DNA of 64,000 nucleotides from Candidatus Poribacteria bacterium (GTDB taxonomy: Bacteria > Poribacteria > WGA-4E > PCPOR2b). The position numbers and the translations under genes are program-made. The DNA is taken from positions 3,648,001-3,712,000 of the forward strand of contig OZ242351.1 of NCBI GenBank assembly GCA_965208675.1, in the 5' to 3' direction. The notes below the pieces were generated by a model that was given only the letters and a program-made list of their open reading frames with translations, did no database searches and was not told the origin of the DNA. Shown here piece after piece: positions 50,742-60,301 of the stretch. Within the stretch, counting starts at the first letter, position 1, and each line of letters starts with the position of its first letter.

Positions 50742-51818
50742 ATGAAATTGGGTATGTTCATGATGCCCTTACATCCACCGGAAAAAGACCGAACTGAATG
50801 TTTTGAGGAAGATATCGAACTGGTAGTTCATGCCGACGAGCTCGGATTCACCGATGTCTGGGTTGGTCAGCACCACTCGGCTGCTTGGGAACCCATACCT
50901 GCCAACGACATGTTCATTGCCCACATGCTACCGCTCACTAAGAACATCCGTTTTGGTCCGGGCGTGGTAATTGTACCCCACCATCATCCAGTCAATGTAG
51001 CAGTTCGTATTGCATACCTAGATCACTTAGCGCGCGGTCGTTTGAATTGCGGCTTTGGTCAAAGTGGCGTGCCGACCGATTGGGAATTGTTCGATTTGCC
51101 GGATCCAAGGACGCAGGGTCTGATGACGCTTGAGGGAATTGATATGGTCCTCAAATTATGGCAAGCGGAGGCGCCGTTCGATTTCAAGGGGGAATTCTGG
51201 CGCATCCGAATCGAAAACCCAAATCCTGAAGTTGCCCTAGGGTCAATGCTTAAACCGTATCAGAAGCCCCACCCGCCAATCGCGATGAGCGTAGTTAAGG
51301 GAACGTCGATGGGAGCCCGAACGGCGGGTGAGCGCGGTTATATCCCGGTGAGCACAAATGTCGTACCGGCGGCTACGGTTGCCCAGCATTGGCAAACCTA
51401 CTGCGCTGGCGCTGAAGGCGCCGGCCAACCGGCCCCTGACCGATCCATTTGGGGTGTATCACGCAGCATTTTCGTGGGGGAATCCAAAAAGGAAGCTTGG
51501 GACTTCGCGGTGAACAGCACATTCGGCCGTTCATGGGACTACATGATTAAGATTGTCAGGGCGGCGAACCTGTTGGACATTATGAAAATGCATCCAGACA
51601 TGCCCGATGATGAGGTCACACCGGAATACGTCCTAAAGAACATTTGTATTATCGGTGATGTAGCGGAATGCGTTCGGCAGTTGGAAGATTTATGGGATGT
51701 GACCGGCGGTTTTGGTACACTGCTGATGATTGCCCACGACTGGGACGACAAAGCGAGATGGATGCAATCCATGAAGTTGCTGGCGGATGAGGTCGTACCC
51801 GCATTACCATCGGTCTAA
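50742..51818 (+). CDS. LLM-class (luciferase-like) flavin-dependent monooxygenase
   Basis: MKLGMFMMPLHPP, ADELGF, LDHLARGR, PYQKPHPPI; resembles diketocamphane/limonene monooxygenases. Confidence 0.88.
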   Translation: MKLGMFMMPLHPPEKDRTECFEEDIELVVHADELGFTDVWVGQHHSAAWEPIPANDMFIAHMLPLTKNIRFGPGVVIVPHHHPVNVAVRIAYLDHLARGRLNCGFGQSGVPTDWELFDLPDPRTQGLMTLEGIDMVLKLWQAEAPFDFKGEFWRIRIENPNPEVALGSMLKPYQKPHPPIAMSVVKGTSMGARTAGERGYIPVSTNVVPAATVAQHWQTYCAGAEGAGQPAPDRSIWGVSRSIFVGESKKEAWDFAVNSTFGRSWDYMIKIVRAANLLDIMKMHPDMPDDEVTPEYVLKNICIIGDVAECVRQLEDLWDVTGGFGTLLMIAHDWDDKARWMQSMKLLADEVVPALPSV

Positions 51819-51960
51819 ATCCATTTTATTGCTGTTTGCGTCGTTTGAGAAGCCTCACCGCGAATCTCCGAATGGCACTTCAGAAGCATTGAAGACGACA
51901 TGTAAACTTTAAGGTTTCAATCCTAAATTACCATAAATCCTGGCGAAGGAGGTGTTTGGC

Positions 51961-52458
51961 ATGGCGTTTGACTCGAAGTTGCAGCGGCAAATCATGGGCT
52001 GCTTTGCAACGGGCGTCACGGTGGTGACAACGAGATGCGGCGACCACATCACCGGTATGACAGCAAACGCCATCATGTCTTTGTCGTTGGAACCGCCGCG
52101 CATCGTCGTTTCCGTTGACAAGTTGAGTCACATGCATGAATCGCTTTTGCAGGGCAAATGCTTCGCGATCAATGTGCTGCGGGCAGATCAGGAGGCTACT
52201 TCTCGCCAGTTTGCAATGCCAGGACCGAAAGACTTTTCCGGATTGCCGCTAACGGTGGCGGAGACCGGGGCACCAGTTTTGGTTGAAGCACTCGCGTTTG
52301 TGGATTGCCGGCTCGTCGAGATTCTATCGGGCGGCGATCACGATATGTTCCTCGGTGAACCCGTTGTCGGTGAGGCGCGTGATGGCGAGCCGCTTATATT
52401 TTACGGCGGAGGTTACACGCAGCTAGCGCTATCAAGCGGGCAAGAGGGGAATCCATGA
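51961..52458 (+). CDS. Flavin reductase family protein
   Basis: FATGVTVVT, GMTANA.MSLSLEPP, GGDH, PLIFY. Confidence 0.92.
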   Translation: MAFDSKLQRQIMGCFATGVTVVTTRCGDHITGMTANAIMSLSLEPPRIVVSVDKLSHMHESLLQGKCFAINVLRADQEATSRQFAMPGPKDFSGLPLTVAETGAPVLVEALAFVDCRLVEILSGGDHDMFLGEPVVGEARDGEPLIFYGGGYTQLALSSGQEGNP

Positions 52459-52865
52459 ATCCCAAGCTTTGGAATATCGGCTTGAAAATTGACGAGCTAG
52501 ATTCGGAAATCGGTTTTATGAAAGCGATTGGCGCCAAACTCCGGTATCGTGAAACTCGGACCAAGCCAAAGGGAGGGAAATACAATACCGCACTGCTTGA
52601 GTTCGGTGGAACCCGTGCTTTTCTTGTCGATGAACCGGTTTTCGAACACAAACTCAAACATCAACTCACCCCCGGGTTGACCCATATTGTGTTTGAGGTT
52701 GATAACCTTGCAGAAGCCTACCAACGGATAACCAGTCTCGGTGCAAGAGTACTTATCGAGCCAAAACAGGTCAGTGGCGGGTATGGGTCACGCCGCATCG
52801 CCTTTTTCCAATCCCCCAATGGCCTAGTCTTCGAGATGATTCAAATCCTAGAAGCTAAGGTGTGA
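52455..52865 (+). CDS. VOC family protein
   Basis: THIVFEVDNL, RIAFFQSPNGLVFEM; ATGA-type overlap with the flavin reductase. Confidence 0.85.
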   Translation: MNPKLWNIGLKIDELDSEIGFMKAIGAKLRYRETRTKPKGGKYNTALLEFGGTRAFLVDEPVFEHKLKHQLTPGLTHIVFEVDNLAEAYQRITSLGARVLIEPKQVSGGYGSRRIAFFQSPNGLVFEMIQILEAKV

Positions 52866-52878
52866 AACTACCGCAGGT

Positions 52879-54648
52879 TTATTGTTCCCTTAAACCCATA
52901 CCTTCCGTAGCGGTTAGGAATCGATTTCCCCGGACATTTTCAAATCGCTCTACAAACCCACTGGGCCAGCGAATCTCTACCAAATCTGCCATATCGGACT
53001 GGCCAAGCCCAAAGTGTAATCGCATATCGCTATGCGAAGGGTAACTGCCCCCGCTTTTAACTTCTCTGATTTGTGAATTACCGCCCACCACGACCTTTAT
53101 CCGGGTCCCAATTCCATCGCGGTTACTTTGCACACCAACTGTTGTAAATGAAAGCCAGTGGTTCAGATGAGCGCTGTCATTTCGCAGGAGATTAGGCGGC
53201 TGATGACAATTAGTGACTAAAACATCAATATCTCCATCATTATCATAGTCGCCAAAAGCTGCGCCGCGACTCACCTTCTTCAAAAGCAACCCTTCGCCGG
53301 ATTGATTGGATACATCCTCAAATGTAATATTGCCCGTGTTCCTGAAAAGTTGGTTTTGCTGGGCATAGGTGAGGTTAGGATTGATTAGATGAATGTTATC
53401 GTTCAAGTCTCCCGTGGCGATAAAGAGATCTACCAATCCGTCGTTATCAAAGTCTGCGAAATCTGCTCCCCAAGATAGCCGCATGAGTGTTTGGGCACCG
53501 ATTCCAGAACGATATGTGATATCTGCAAACAGCCCATTCCGATCGCTGCGGTAGACGGCGTTAGGTTCACCGCTGAAATTCGTAACGACGAGATCGAACC
53601 ACCCGTCGTTGTCGATATCGCCAAATACCGGCGCCATGCTGCTATATGCGCTACCGGTTTCATCGACCGCAACCCCGCTAAATAAGGCGACTTCAGTGAA
53701 CACGCCATTGCCCTGATTCCTATAAAGCCAGTCGGCTTCTAAGTCGTTTGCCACAAACAAATCGAGGTCATGGTCGTTATCGTAGTCGCACCAGACAATT
53801 CCCATTCCTTTACCGTTTGGGTTAAACACACCGGCTTGGCGGGTTACGTCCGTGAATGTACCGTCGCCATTGTTTTGGTAAAGTACACTCGGCGTCCCCT
53901 CAAAGTTTTTAGGCGAACAATATGTTCGCACGTTAAACTCACCGCACTGGGGATTGTCCTCCAGTTCAAACGCAACATAATTCGCGACATACAGGTCCAG
54001 GTCACTATCATTATCATAATCGGCAAAAGCAGCAGAAGCTCCCCACAGGGTGTCACCCACTCCTGCCTGAACTGTTACATCAGTGAAGGTGCCATCACGG
54101 TTGTTGTGATAGAGTACGTTTGGGCCAAAATTAGCGACATAAAGATCTGGAAAGCCGTCATTGTCGAAATCTCCCACGGCGCAACTGAAACCATAACTGC
54201 CATCGCCCACTCCTGCCTGAACTGTTACATCTGAGAAGGTGCCATCGCCATTATTGCGATAAAGTGCGTTTGTTGGCGGCACAACGGAGTGCATGCCTGG
54301 TAGGTCTGCCCCGTTCACGAAATAGATGTCTATATCTCCATCCCGATCATAATCGAACCATGCCGCACCAGCTCCAATGGGCTCGAGATAATACTTCGCG
54401 CCGCTGCGTCCATCTTCATGCTTAAATTGAACGCCGGCTTCAGATGTGACCTCGCTAAATTTTAGTTCGGCCCGCGTTGGCAGAACGGAACACCGAAAGA
54501 GCAGAACGCAAATCAAAAAATGTACCGCGGTTTGTAGTATGTACCGCGTAGCAGTTAAAGCAGCGCACGGATGATTTTGTTTCTTCTCCCTCTGTTCCTT
54601 GTGTACACAATTCACAACTGTAACGAATCCTTCCCTTCGTTTCGACAT
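52879..54648 (-). CDS. CRTAC1/ASPIC-UnbV FG-GAP repeat protein
   Basis: Repeated DYDNDGD.D motifs, SRGAAFGDYDNDG, SNRDGIG, LHFGLG. Start is uncertain. Confidence 0.9.
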   Translation of the reverse strand: MSKRREGFVTVVNCVHKEQREKKQNHPCAALTATRYILQTAVHFLICVLLFRCSVLPTRAELKFSEVTSEAGVQFKHEDGRSGAKYYLEPIGAGAAWFDYDRDGDIDIYFVNGADLPGMHSVVPPTNALYRNNGDGTFSDVTVQAGVGDGSYGFSCAVGDFDNDGFPDLYVANFGPNVLYHNNRDGTFTDVTVQAGVGDTLWGASAAFADYDNDSDLDLYVANYVAFELEDNPQCGEFNVRTYCSPKNFEGTPSVLYQNNGDGTFTDVTRQAGVFNPNGKGMGIVWCDYDNDHDLDLFVANDLEADWLYRNQGNGVFTEVALFSGVAVDETGSAYSSMAPVFGDIDNDGWFDLVVTNFSGEPNAVYRSDRNGLFADITYRSGIGAQTLMRLSWGADFADFDNDGLVDLFIATGDLNDNIHLINPNLTYAQQNQLFRNTGNITFEDVSNQSGEGLLLKKVSRGAAFGDYDNDGDIDVLVTNCHQPPNLLRNDSAHLNHWLSFTTVGVQSNRDGIGTRIKVVVGGNSQIREVKSGGSYPSHSDMRLHFGLGQSDMADLVEIRWPSGFVERFENVRGNRFLTATEGMGLREQ

Positions 54649-54744
54649 CTGCCAATTTCGATTTCGTTCTCATGCATCCTTCCATACTTCCTATCTGTTT
54701 TTCGGTGATTGGAGGGGTAAAACCTGCTTCGGCTTTGAGGCGAG

Positions 54745-54773
54745 ATTATAACAATCGTATTCTTAGTTGTCAA
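54745..54773 (-). promoter_or_regulatory. Consensus sigma70 promoter
   Basis: TTGACA-N17-TATAAT on the minus strand upstream of the CRTAC1-like gene. Confidence 0.7.
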
Positions 54774-55179
54774 GGTATGGTGAGGAGCAAATAATTTGCC
54801 CCTAGGGACGGGTACAGAGTGATGAAACTCCCTTAAAATGGACTTTCTTTTCAGAATGGCATCAGGTATACTTTTATAATAACGTCTTTTCTCCGTTCCT
54901 CTGCAGACTGCATGACTGAGCCACCAAAGCCCTGTGGAGCCCAGATGATGGTATCTTGCGTTTCCTAACAGCCAAGTAAAACAGATTAGCGTCCTGTCTC
55001 GAGAACGTCAAGCAATTCCAAGTCGTAGTGCTTCGCGTGAGATTGAACGAATCGTTAATTCACCTGCCATCAGTATCAAGCGCCTGAATTCTGTTTCTGT
55101 TGTGGCAGAGTCATCTTATAACTGCTTCAACCCGTCGGCGCAGGGGTGAAAGGATTTGTGAATCTTGAAGGTCTGGCGA

Positions 55180-56535
55180 ATGAAGAGAACACAATTGCGA
55201 GCTGTCGTGCTAACGTGGACGGTGGTAGGACTTTTCGTTGGTTCGACGATCTCAGAAGCGAGTGTAGCATACATTATTCAGGAAGGAAATACGATGGCCA
55301 AGACCAGGATTAAAGTCGCACGATCGCCTAATCTCCTAGATAACCGTATTGGCGGGGATTACGGCAGCGATCCCAATGTAACCGAACACATCTTTGATTT
55401 AGGACTCAAATGGGTTCGACTGGGATTCTGGAACAGCGGACTTAACTGGCAACGGGTTCGCAGGGCGCCGGGAAGCTATGCAATCGACACAGCGCCGGAT
55501 AATTTTGTGACCGATCTCGCTGAAGGCGGTATAACGGTTGTAATGACGATGAGTGTAGGCGATGGTCGGTCGCGCGGGGACGATATGTGGCGAATAACAC
55601 CGTCAGCACTGGACGACTACCGAGAATACGTGCGAACGCTCGTTCAACACTTCAAAGACCGCGTCCAGTATTTCGAGATTTGGAACGAACCAGATACCGG
55701 TACTAATTGGGGCCGCATTCCTCCAATTGACTATGCGAGACTTGTTAGGCATGTTGCTCCGGTGATACGCAAAGAGGCGCCAGAAGCCAAGATTGTCATC
55801 GGCGCAATCGGCGGCTGGTGGCAGCCGAAATTCCCTGGATATGGGGACGCAAGCCGCTACACGCTTCACCGAGAATACTTGGAAGAAGTGCTCTGCTCCG
55901 GCATTGCTCCGCTCGTTGATGTAATCTCTTGGCATCCGTTTTACGGACATCGACCGGACGATCCTTACTACCAGAATTACACTAAGATGGTTGGGGAAAT
56001 ACGGCGTCTGGCGGCCGTTCAGGGATTTAAAGGGGAATACCTTGTAGAAGAAGCGTTATGGCGTGTCGAGAGCGCCGATGAACCACAGGGGCCAGTGTCC
56101 GCCATAGTTTCCGCCAAATACATCGCACGTACCATAGTAATGCACCGGGGCCTTGACATGACGGTAACCGTAAGCGGCATGTTTCCGGGCAAATGCCCCG
56201 ACGTGACGCGGCGCCTGTGCACAATCCTTGCGGGTGCTGAAGCGGATGATTTCCCGGTTGTGTTGCATACCGAGTCGTCTGAGGTTGTCTATTACGGATT
56301 TCAACTGCCAAATGGCGATCGACTGATAGCCCTGTGGTCAAATGGAGTAGCGGTGGACGACGACTCCGGCATAGTTGCCGATATTACGTGCCAGGTGGCT
56401 GTTAGCGGCGCAATCGGGTTGGACGTGCTGCACGGATACCAACAAGACTTGGATATTGAAAGCGGGGTAAAAAACACTCGAATTCGCGGTTTGTATGTAC
56501 CCGATTATCCGATGCTCATCCGGCTGCAAAGATAA
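55180..56535 (+). CDS. Secreted clan GH-A glycoside hydrolase (GH39/GH5-like)
   Basis: Signal peptide, FEIWNEPD acid/base, DVISWHPF, LVEE nucleophile region. Confidence 0.75.
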   Translation: MKRTQLRAVVLTWTVVGLFVGSTISEASVAYIIQEGNTMAKTRIKVARSPNLLDNRIGGDYGSDPNVTEHIFDLGLKWVRLGFWNSGLNWQRVRRAPGSYAIDTAPDNFVTDLAEGGITVVMTMSVGDGRSRGDDMWRITPSALDDYREYVRTLVQHFKDRVQYFEIWNEPDTGTNWGRIPPIDYARLVRHVAPVIRKEAPEAKIVIGAIGGWWQPKFPGYGDASRYTLHREYLEEVLCSGIAPLVDVISWHPFYGHRPDDPYYQNYTKMVGEIRRLAAVQGFKGEYLVEEALWRVESADEPQGPVSAIVSAKYIARTIVMHRGLDMTVTVSGMFPGKCPDVTRRLCTILAGAEADDFPVVLHTESSEVVYYGFQLPNGDRLIALWSNGVAVDDDSGIVADITCQVAVSGAIGLDVLHGYQQDLDIESGVKNTRIRGLYVPDYPMLIRLQR

Positions 56536-57020
56536 CAGGGTTTCCGTCGCACGTTTAGACATTTTTAGGACGATAGTTTTATTCAACAGTAGGTGAAGTT
56601 CTTTACCTTTCCTTCTGACATTGTAATTCCTCATCCGATGCCGTATCAGTCTGCGATCGAATCGTGGTTACATCCCTGTATTGTCGAAAAATGGATCCAC
56701 CATTGTTTTACTCATTTCCCATTGGCGGAGCTGAACAGTCTTCAGCTAGCCACGGAAATCTATTGACAACTCGTAAGGATTTGTGTTACTGTTACCCACG
56801 TTGCTACCTACCGAAAGTTCCTGACATTCTTGGGCGTTTCTTTTGTCCTAGCTGTGTACCGATTTGATGGCATTAACCGAACTGGGTCGGACATGCAGAA
56901 TAGTCTACTTTTAGGAAGTTGCAACCTGATATATAAAGGGAAATGTCGGTTTTACAAACAGCGAAAGCGGCTTCGATTCGGAGTCTCGCCTAACTTCGAC
57001 AAAGATGGGAGTCTTATTGG

Positions 57021-58199
57021 ATGGACACGTCCGATTTCAAAAACGATTCACAACAAATTCCCAACCGCCTTCTATTGGGGCCCGGACCTAGCAACACGCC
57101 GCCGCGCGTCCTTTCAGCTATGAGCCAACCCATGCTCGGATATTTGGATCCTGTGTTTTTAAGTTTGATGGATGAGACCATGGAGTTGCTCCGCGGCGTG
57201 TTTGGCACAGAAAATCAGTTGACGTTCCCAGTGTCAGCAACAGGGAGTGCTGGCATGGAAGCTACCTTGTGCAATCTGATTGAACCGGGTGATGAAATCA
57301 TCGTTTGCGTCAACGGTTTTTTTGGCGCACGAATTGCAGATATTGTGAAACGATGCAGGGGAAAACTGCACGTTGTTGAAGGGGATTGGGGAAGCATTAT
57401 TGACCCTGAAGATGTTGAAAACAAGCTAAATGCAGTGAACGCTAAGATTGTGTGCATTGTTCATGCAGAAACGTCCACGGGTGTCTTACAACCGTTGGGC
57501 GATATTTCCGCCATGGCAAAACACAATGATGCTCTCTTACTCGTAGACTGCGTGACTTCATTGGGCGGAGTTCCTGTCAATCTGGATGCGTCAGGTATTG
57601 ATGTAGCTTATAGCTGTACACAAAAATGCCTGGGCGGGCCGCCAGGACTTTCACCGGTAAGCTTTAGCGATCGAGCGGTCGAGATCATACACAAACGGAA
57701 AACAGAGATACAGAGTTTTTACCTTGATATGCGGCTGATTTCTAACTACTGGGGCAAAGAGCGGATTTACCACCATACCGCACCTATTTCCATGAACTAC
57801 GCCATCAATGAAGCACTGAAACTAGTTGAAGAAGAGGGGCTAACTCAGCGATACCACCGCCATCAATTGCATTCGCAGGCACTAGCGGCTGGATTGGAAT
57901 CAATCGGTATTGAGCGGATTGCGCAAGAGGGGTACCGTGCCCCAATGCTGACTTCGGTATCTATCCCCGAAGGTGTAGATGATGCCGACATCCGTCGCCG
58001 GTTGCTGCAAGAATACAATATTGAGATTGGCGGTGGACTCGGCGTTTTCAAAGGAAAAGCGTGGCGAATCGGGCTCATGGGTGAGTCTTGCCGCAAAGAG
58101 AGTGTCATTCGTCTACTCGCCGCACTTGGACACCTATTACCGGGCGTTTCACAGTTGGCAGGTGTTGAAGCGGCCGAAGAAGTTTACGCCTCCGAATAA
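57021..58199 (+). CDS. Alanine-glyoxylate aminotransferase family (class V PLP)
   Basis: LLLGPGPS, HAETSTGV, VDCVTSLGG, TQKCL, YHHTAP, WRIGLMG. Confidence 0.92.
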   Translation: MDTSDFKNDSQQIPNRLLLGPGPSNTPPRVLSAMSQPMLGYLDPVFLSLMDETMELLRGVFGTENQLTFPVSATGSAGMEATLCNLIEPGDEIIVCVNGFFGARIADIVKRCRGKLHVVEGDWGSIIDPEDVENKLNAVNAKIVCIVHAETSTGVLQPLGDISAMAKHNDALLLVDCVTSLGGVPVNLDASGIDVAYSCTQKCLGGPPGLSPVSFSDRAVEIIHKRKTEIQSFYLDMRLISNYWGKERIYHHTAPISMNYAINEALKLVEEEGLTQRYHRHQLHSQALAAGLESIGIERIAQEGYRAPMLTSVSIPEGVDDADIRRRLLQEYNIEIGGGLGVFKGKAWRIGLMGESCRKESVIRLLAALGHLLPGVSQLAGVEAAEEVYASE

Positions 58200-58440
58200 T
58201 TCCGCAAAAATTTCCCTTATGGATTCTTGTGCTACTTACTACTTTCCATTAGGCGCAGCGATCTGCTATCCGCGCCAAGCGTTTACACAAAACGGATAAT
58301 GTAAGGTGAGCGCGGAAGATTATACAGATTCCAAACGCTCATAAACGACATCCATTGGAGGCGTAACACTCCGTACAATCACTTTGTCAGACTTAATATG
58401 AATCCGTTTGTGACGAAAATTGCGTTTGCCGGCGATATAA

Positions 58441-59040
58441 ATGAACCGGGTACCGATACAACCATTTGAGCGATTTCTTCAACAACAGGGTTATCAACGT
58501 ATTGCGGGGGTCGACGAAGCTGGGCGAGGTGCTTTAGCGGGGCCAGTCGTTGCTTCCGCCGTTGTCCTTCCGTTCAACTGTTCCATCCCAGGGCTGACGG
58601 ATTCAAAACAGTTGACACCCAAGCAACGCGACGATTTGTTTATTGAAATTGAGAAATCAGCGGTGGCTGTCAGTGTCGGCTGCGTAGGAAATGAAGAAAT
58701 CGATCGAGTGAATATTCTCCAAGCAACACTGATAGCAATGAGTAAAGCCATCGAACGTATTTCCCCTTTACCCGATTTTGTTCTCGTTGATGGCACACAA
58801 CTTCCTCCCATCTCCGTTCGCGCTCACGCCATTCCAAAGGGAGATTGTCTCTACCAATCAATTGCCGCGGCATCTATCATCGCAAAAGTTAAACGAGACC
58901 GCTTCATGATTGAGTTAGGCGAGGTTTATCCACACTACGGATTTCAACGGCACAAAGGATACGGCACAAGGCAGCATCGGCAGGCAATTTCTAAAGTTGG
59001 GGTGTGTCCAATACATCGGCGTAGTTTTAAACTTCAGTAA
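58441..59040 (+). CDS. rnhB: Ribonuclease HII
   Basis: AGVDEAGRGALAGPV, DSKQL, SIAAASIIAKV, HKGYGT, HRRSF. Confidence 0.96.
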   Translation: MNRVPIQPFERFLQQQGYQRIAGVDEAGRGALAGPVVASAVVLPFNCSIPGLTDSKQLTPKQRDDLFIEIEKSAVAVSVGCVGNEEIDRVNILQATLIAMSKAIERISPLPDFVLVDGTQLPPISVRAHAIPKGDCLYQSIAAASIIAKVKRDRFMIELGEVYPHYGFQRHKGYGTRQHRQAISKVGVCPIHRRSFKLQ

Positions 59041-59041
59041 C

Positions 59042-59422
59042 ATGAGCAACTCGAACATAAAGATTGGCAAGATTGGCGAAGCGTTTGCCGTCGATTATCT
59101 TAAGGCACAGGACTATTGGATACTTGAGCGGAATTACCGCCTGCGTTTCGGTGAAATTGACCTCATCGCTCGCCAAGGGAGGCGAACCGTATTCATTGAA
59201 GTCAAGACACGACGAAGTCTCAAGTTTGGCGCACCGCAGACCGCCGTGACGCCAACCAAGCAAAAGCAGATTTCGAAGGTCGCATTGAGTTACTTGCAAG
59301 AACGCAATCTTTTGGATGCCGCTTGCCGATTCGATGTGATTGCAGTATACCTCTCGTTAAAATGCGAGCTTATCGATCTCCAACACATTGAAAATGCATT
59401 TGAGTTTCGTGCAAATGCTTGA
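59042..59422 (+). CDS. YraN family (UPF0102) protein
   Basis: GEIDLI, FIEVKTR, RFDVI, HIENAF; follows rnhB. Confidence 0.92.
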   Translation: MSNSNIKIGKIGEAFAVDYLKAQDYWILERNYRLRFGEIDLIARQGRRTVFIEVKTRRSLKFGAPQTAVTPTKQKQISKVALSYLQERNLLDAACRFDVIAVYLSLKCELIDLQHIENAFEFRANA

Positions 59423-59469
59423 TGCTTTGTCATCAACAGCGTGGGTAAAACATAGAAAGGCAGTGGTTG

Positions 59470-60153
59470 ATGCAAGCTATTATTTTATGCGGAGGACTTT
59501 CAACACGGCTTGGTAACATAACAAAAAGGGTACCGAAAATCCTACTGGACATACGCGGGCGGACGGTGCTTGAATGGCAAATTGAACTATTGAAGCAAGC
59601 GGGCGTGGGTGAAGTCATCCTTGCATCAGGGCACTTGCATGATACACTGGTTAAAGCAGTGGGAGCGAGGTGCAATGGTGTGTCTATGCAATACGCCAAA
59701 GAGGAAACAAGGTTGGACACGGGCGGCGCAATTAAACATGCAATGCAGTATATTTGCACGTCGCCCTTTTTTGTATTGAATGGCGATGTGTTGTTGGAAG
59801 ATTTTGCTCTATCTGCGATGTTGAACTGCTTTCAACGAGAGACAGTGGGCGTATTACTTGGTGTGTTGGTCGAGGACGTCAGTACTTACGGCGAGATTGA
59901 TTCGGACGATCGGAATAGGATTACAGGATTCCGTGAAAAGCAACGGATTCAGCGGTCTGGTTTTATCAACGCAGGCGTGTATCTATTCAACCAGTCAATG
60001 GCAAAATACTTCCCCAATCAAGACGTGTTTTCTATTGAGAAAGATGTCTTTCCTTACGTGCAAAATCTTTATGTGCATAAAGCGGCAATCAATTGGATTG
60101 ATGTCGGCGATCCAAAACGCCTTGCGTACGCCCGCGAGTGCTTTGGTACGTAA
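59470..60153 (+). CDS. Sugar-phosphate nucleotidyltransferase
   Basis: AIILCGGLSTRL...PK, TGGAIK, LNGD, INAGVY, WIDVG. Confidence 0.88.
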   Translation: MQAIILCGGLSTRLGNITKRVPKILLDIRGRTVLEWQIELLKQAGVGEVILASGHLHDTLVKAVGARCNGVSMQYAKEETRLDTGGAIKHAMQYICTSPFFVLNGDVLLEDFALSAMLNCFQRETVGVLLGVLVEDVSTYGEIDSDDRNRITGFREKQRIQRSGFINAGVYLFNQSMAKYFPNQDVFSIEKDVFPYVQNLYVHKAAINWIDVGDPKRLAYARECFGT

Positions 60154-60301
60154 GCCGTCGCGTTGAATTTAGGTTGACTATTTTTTGCCCGAAAACACCT
60201 ACAAAAATGTATTTCAACGGAAAAACCGATTGGTGCAGTTTTTTCGTAAATTCTGATTTAACACGAATTAATTTTGATTTTCAAACTTACTGGAGGAATT
60301 T

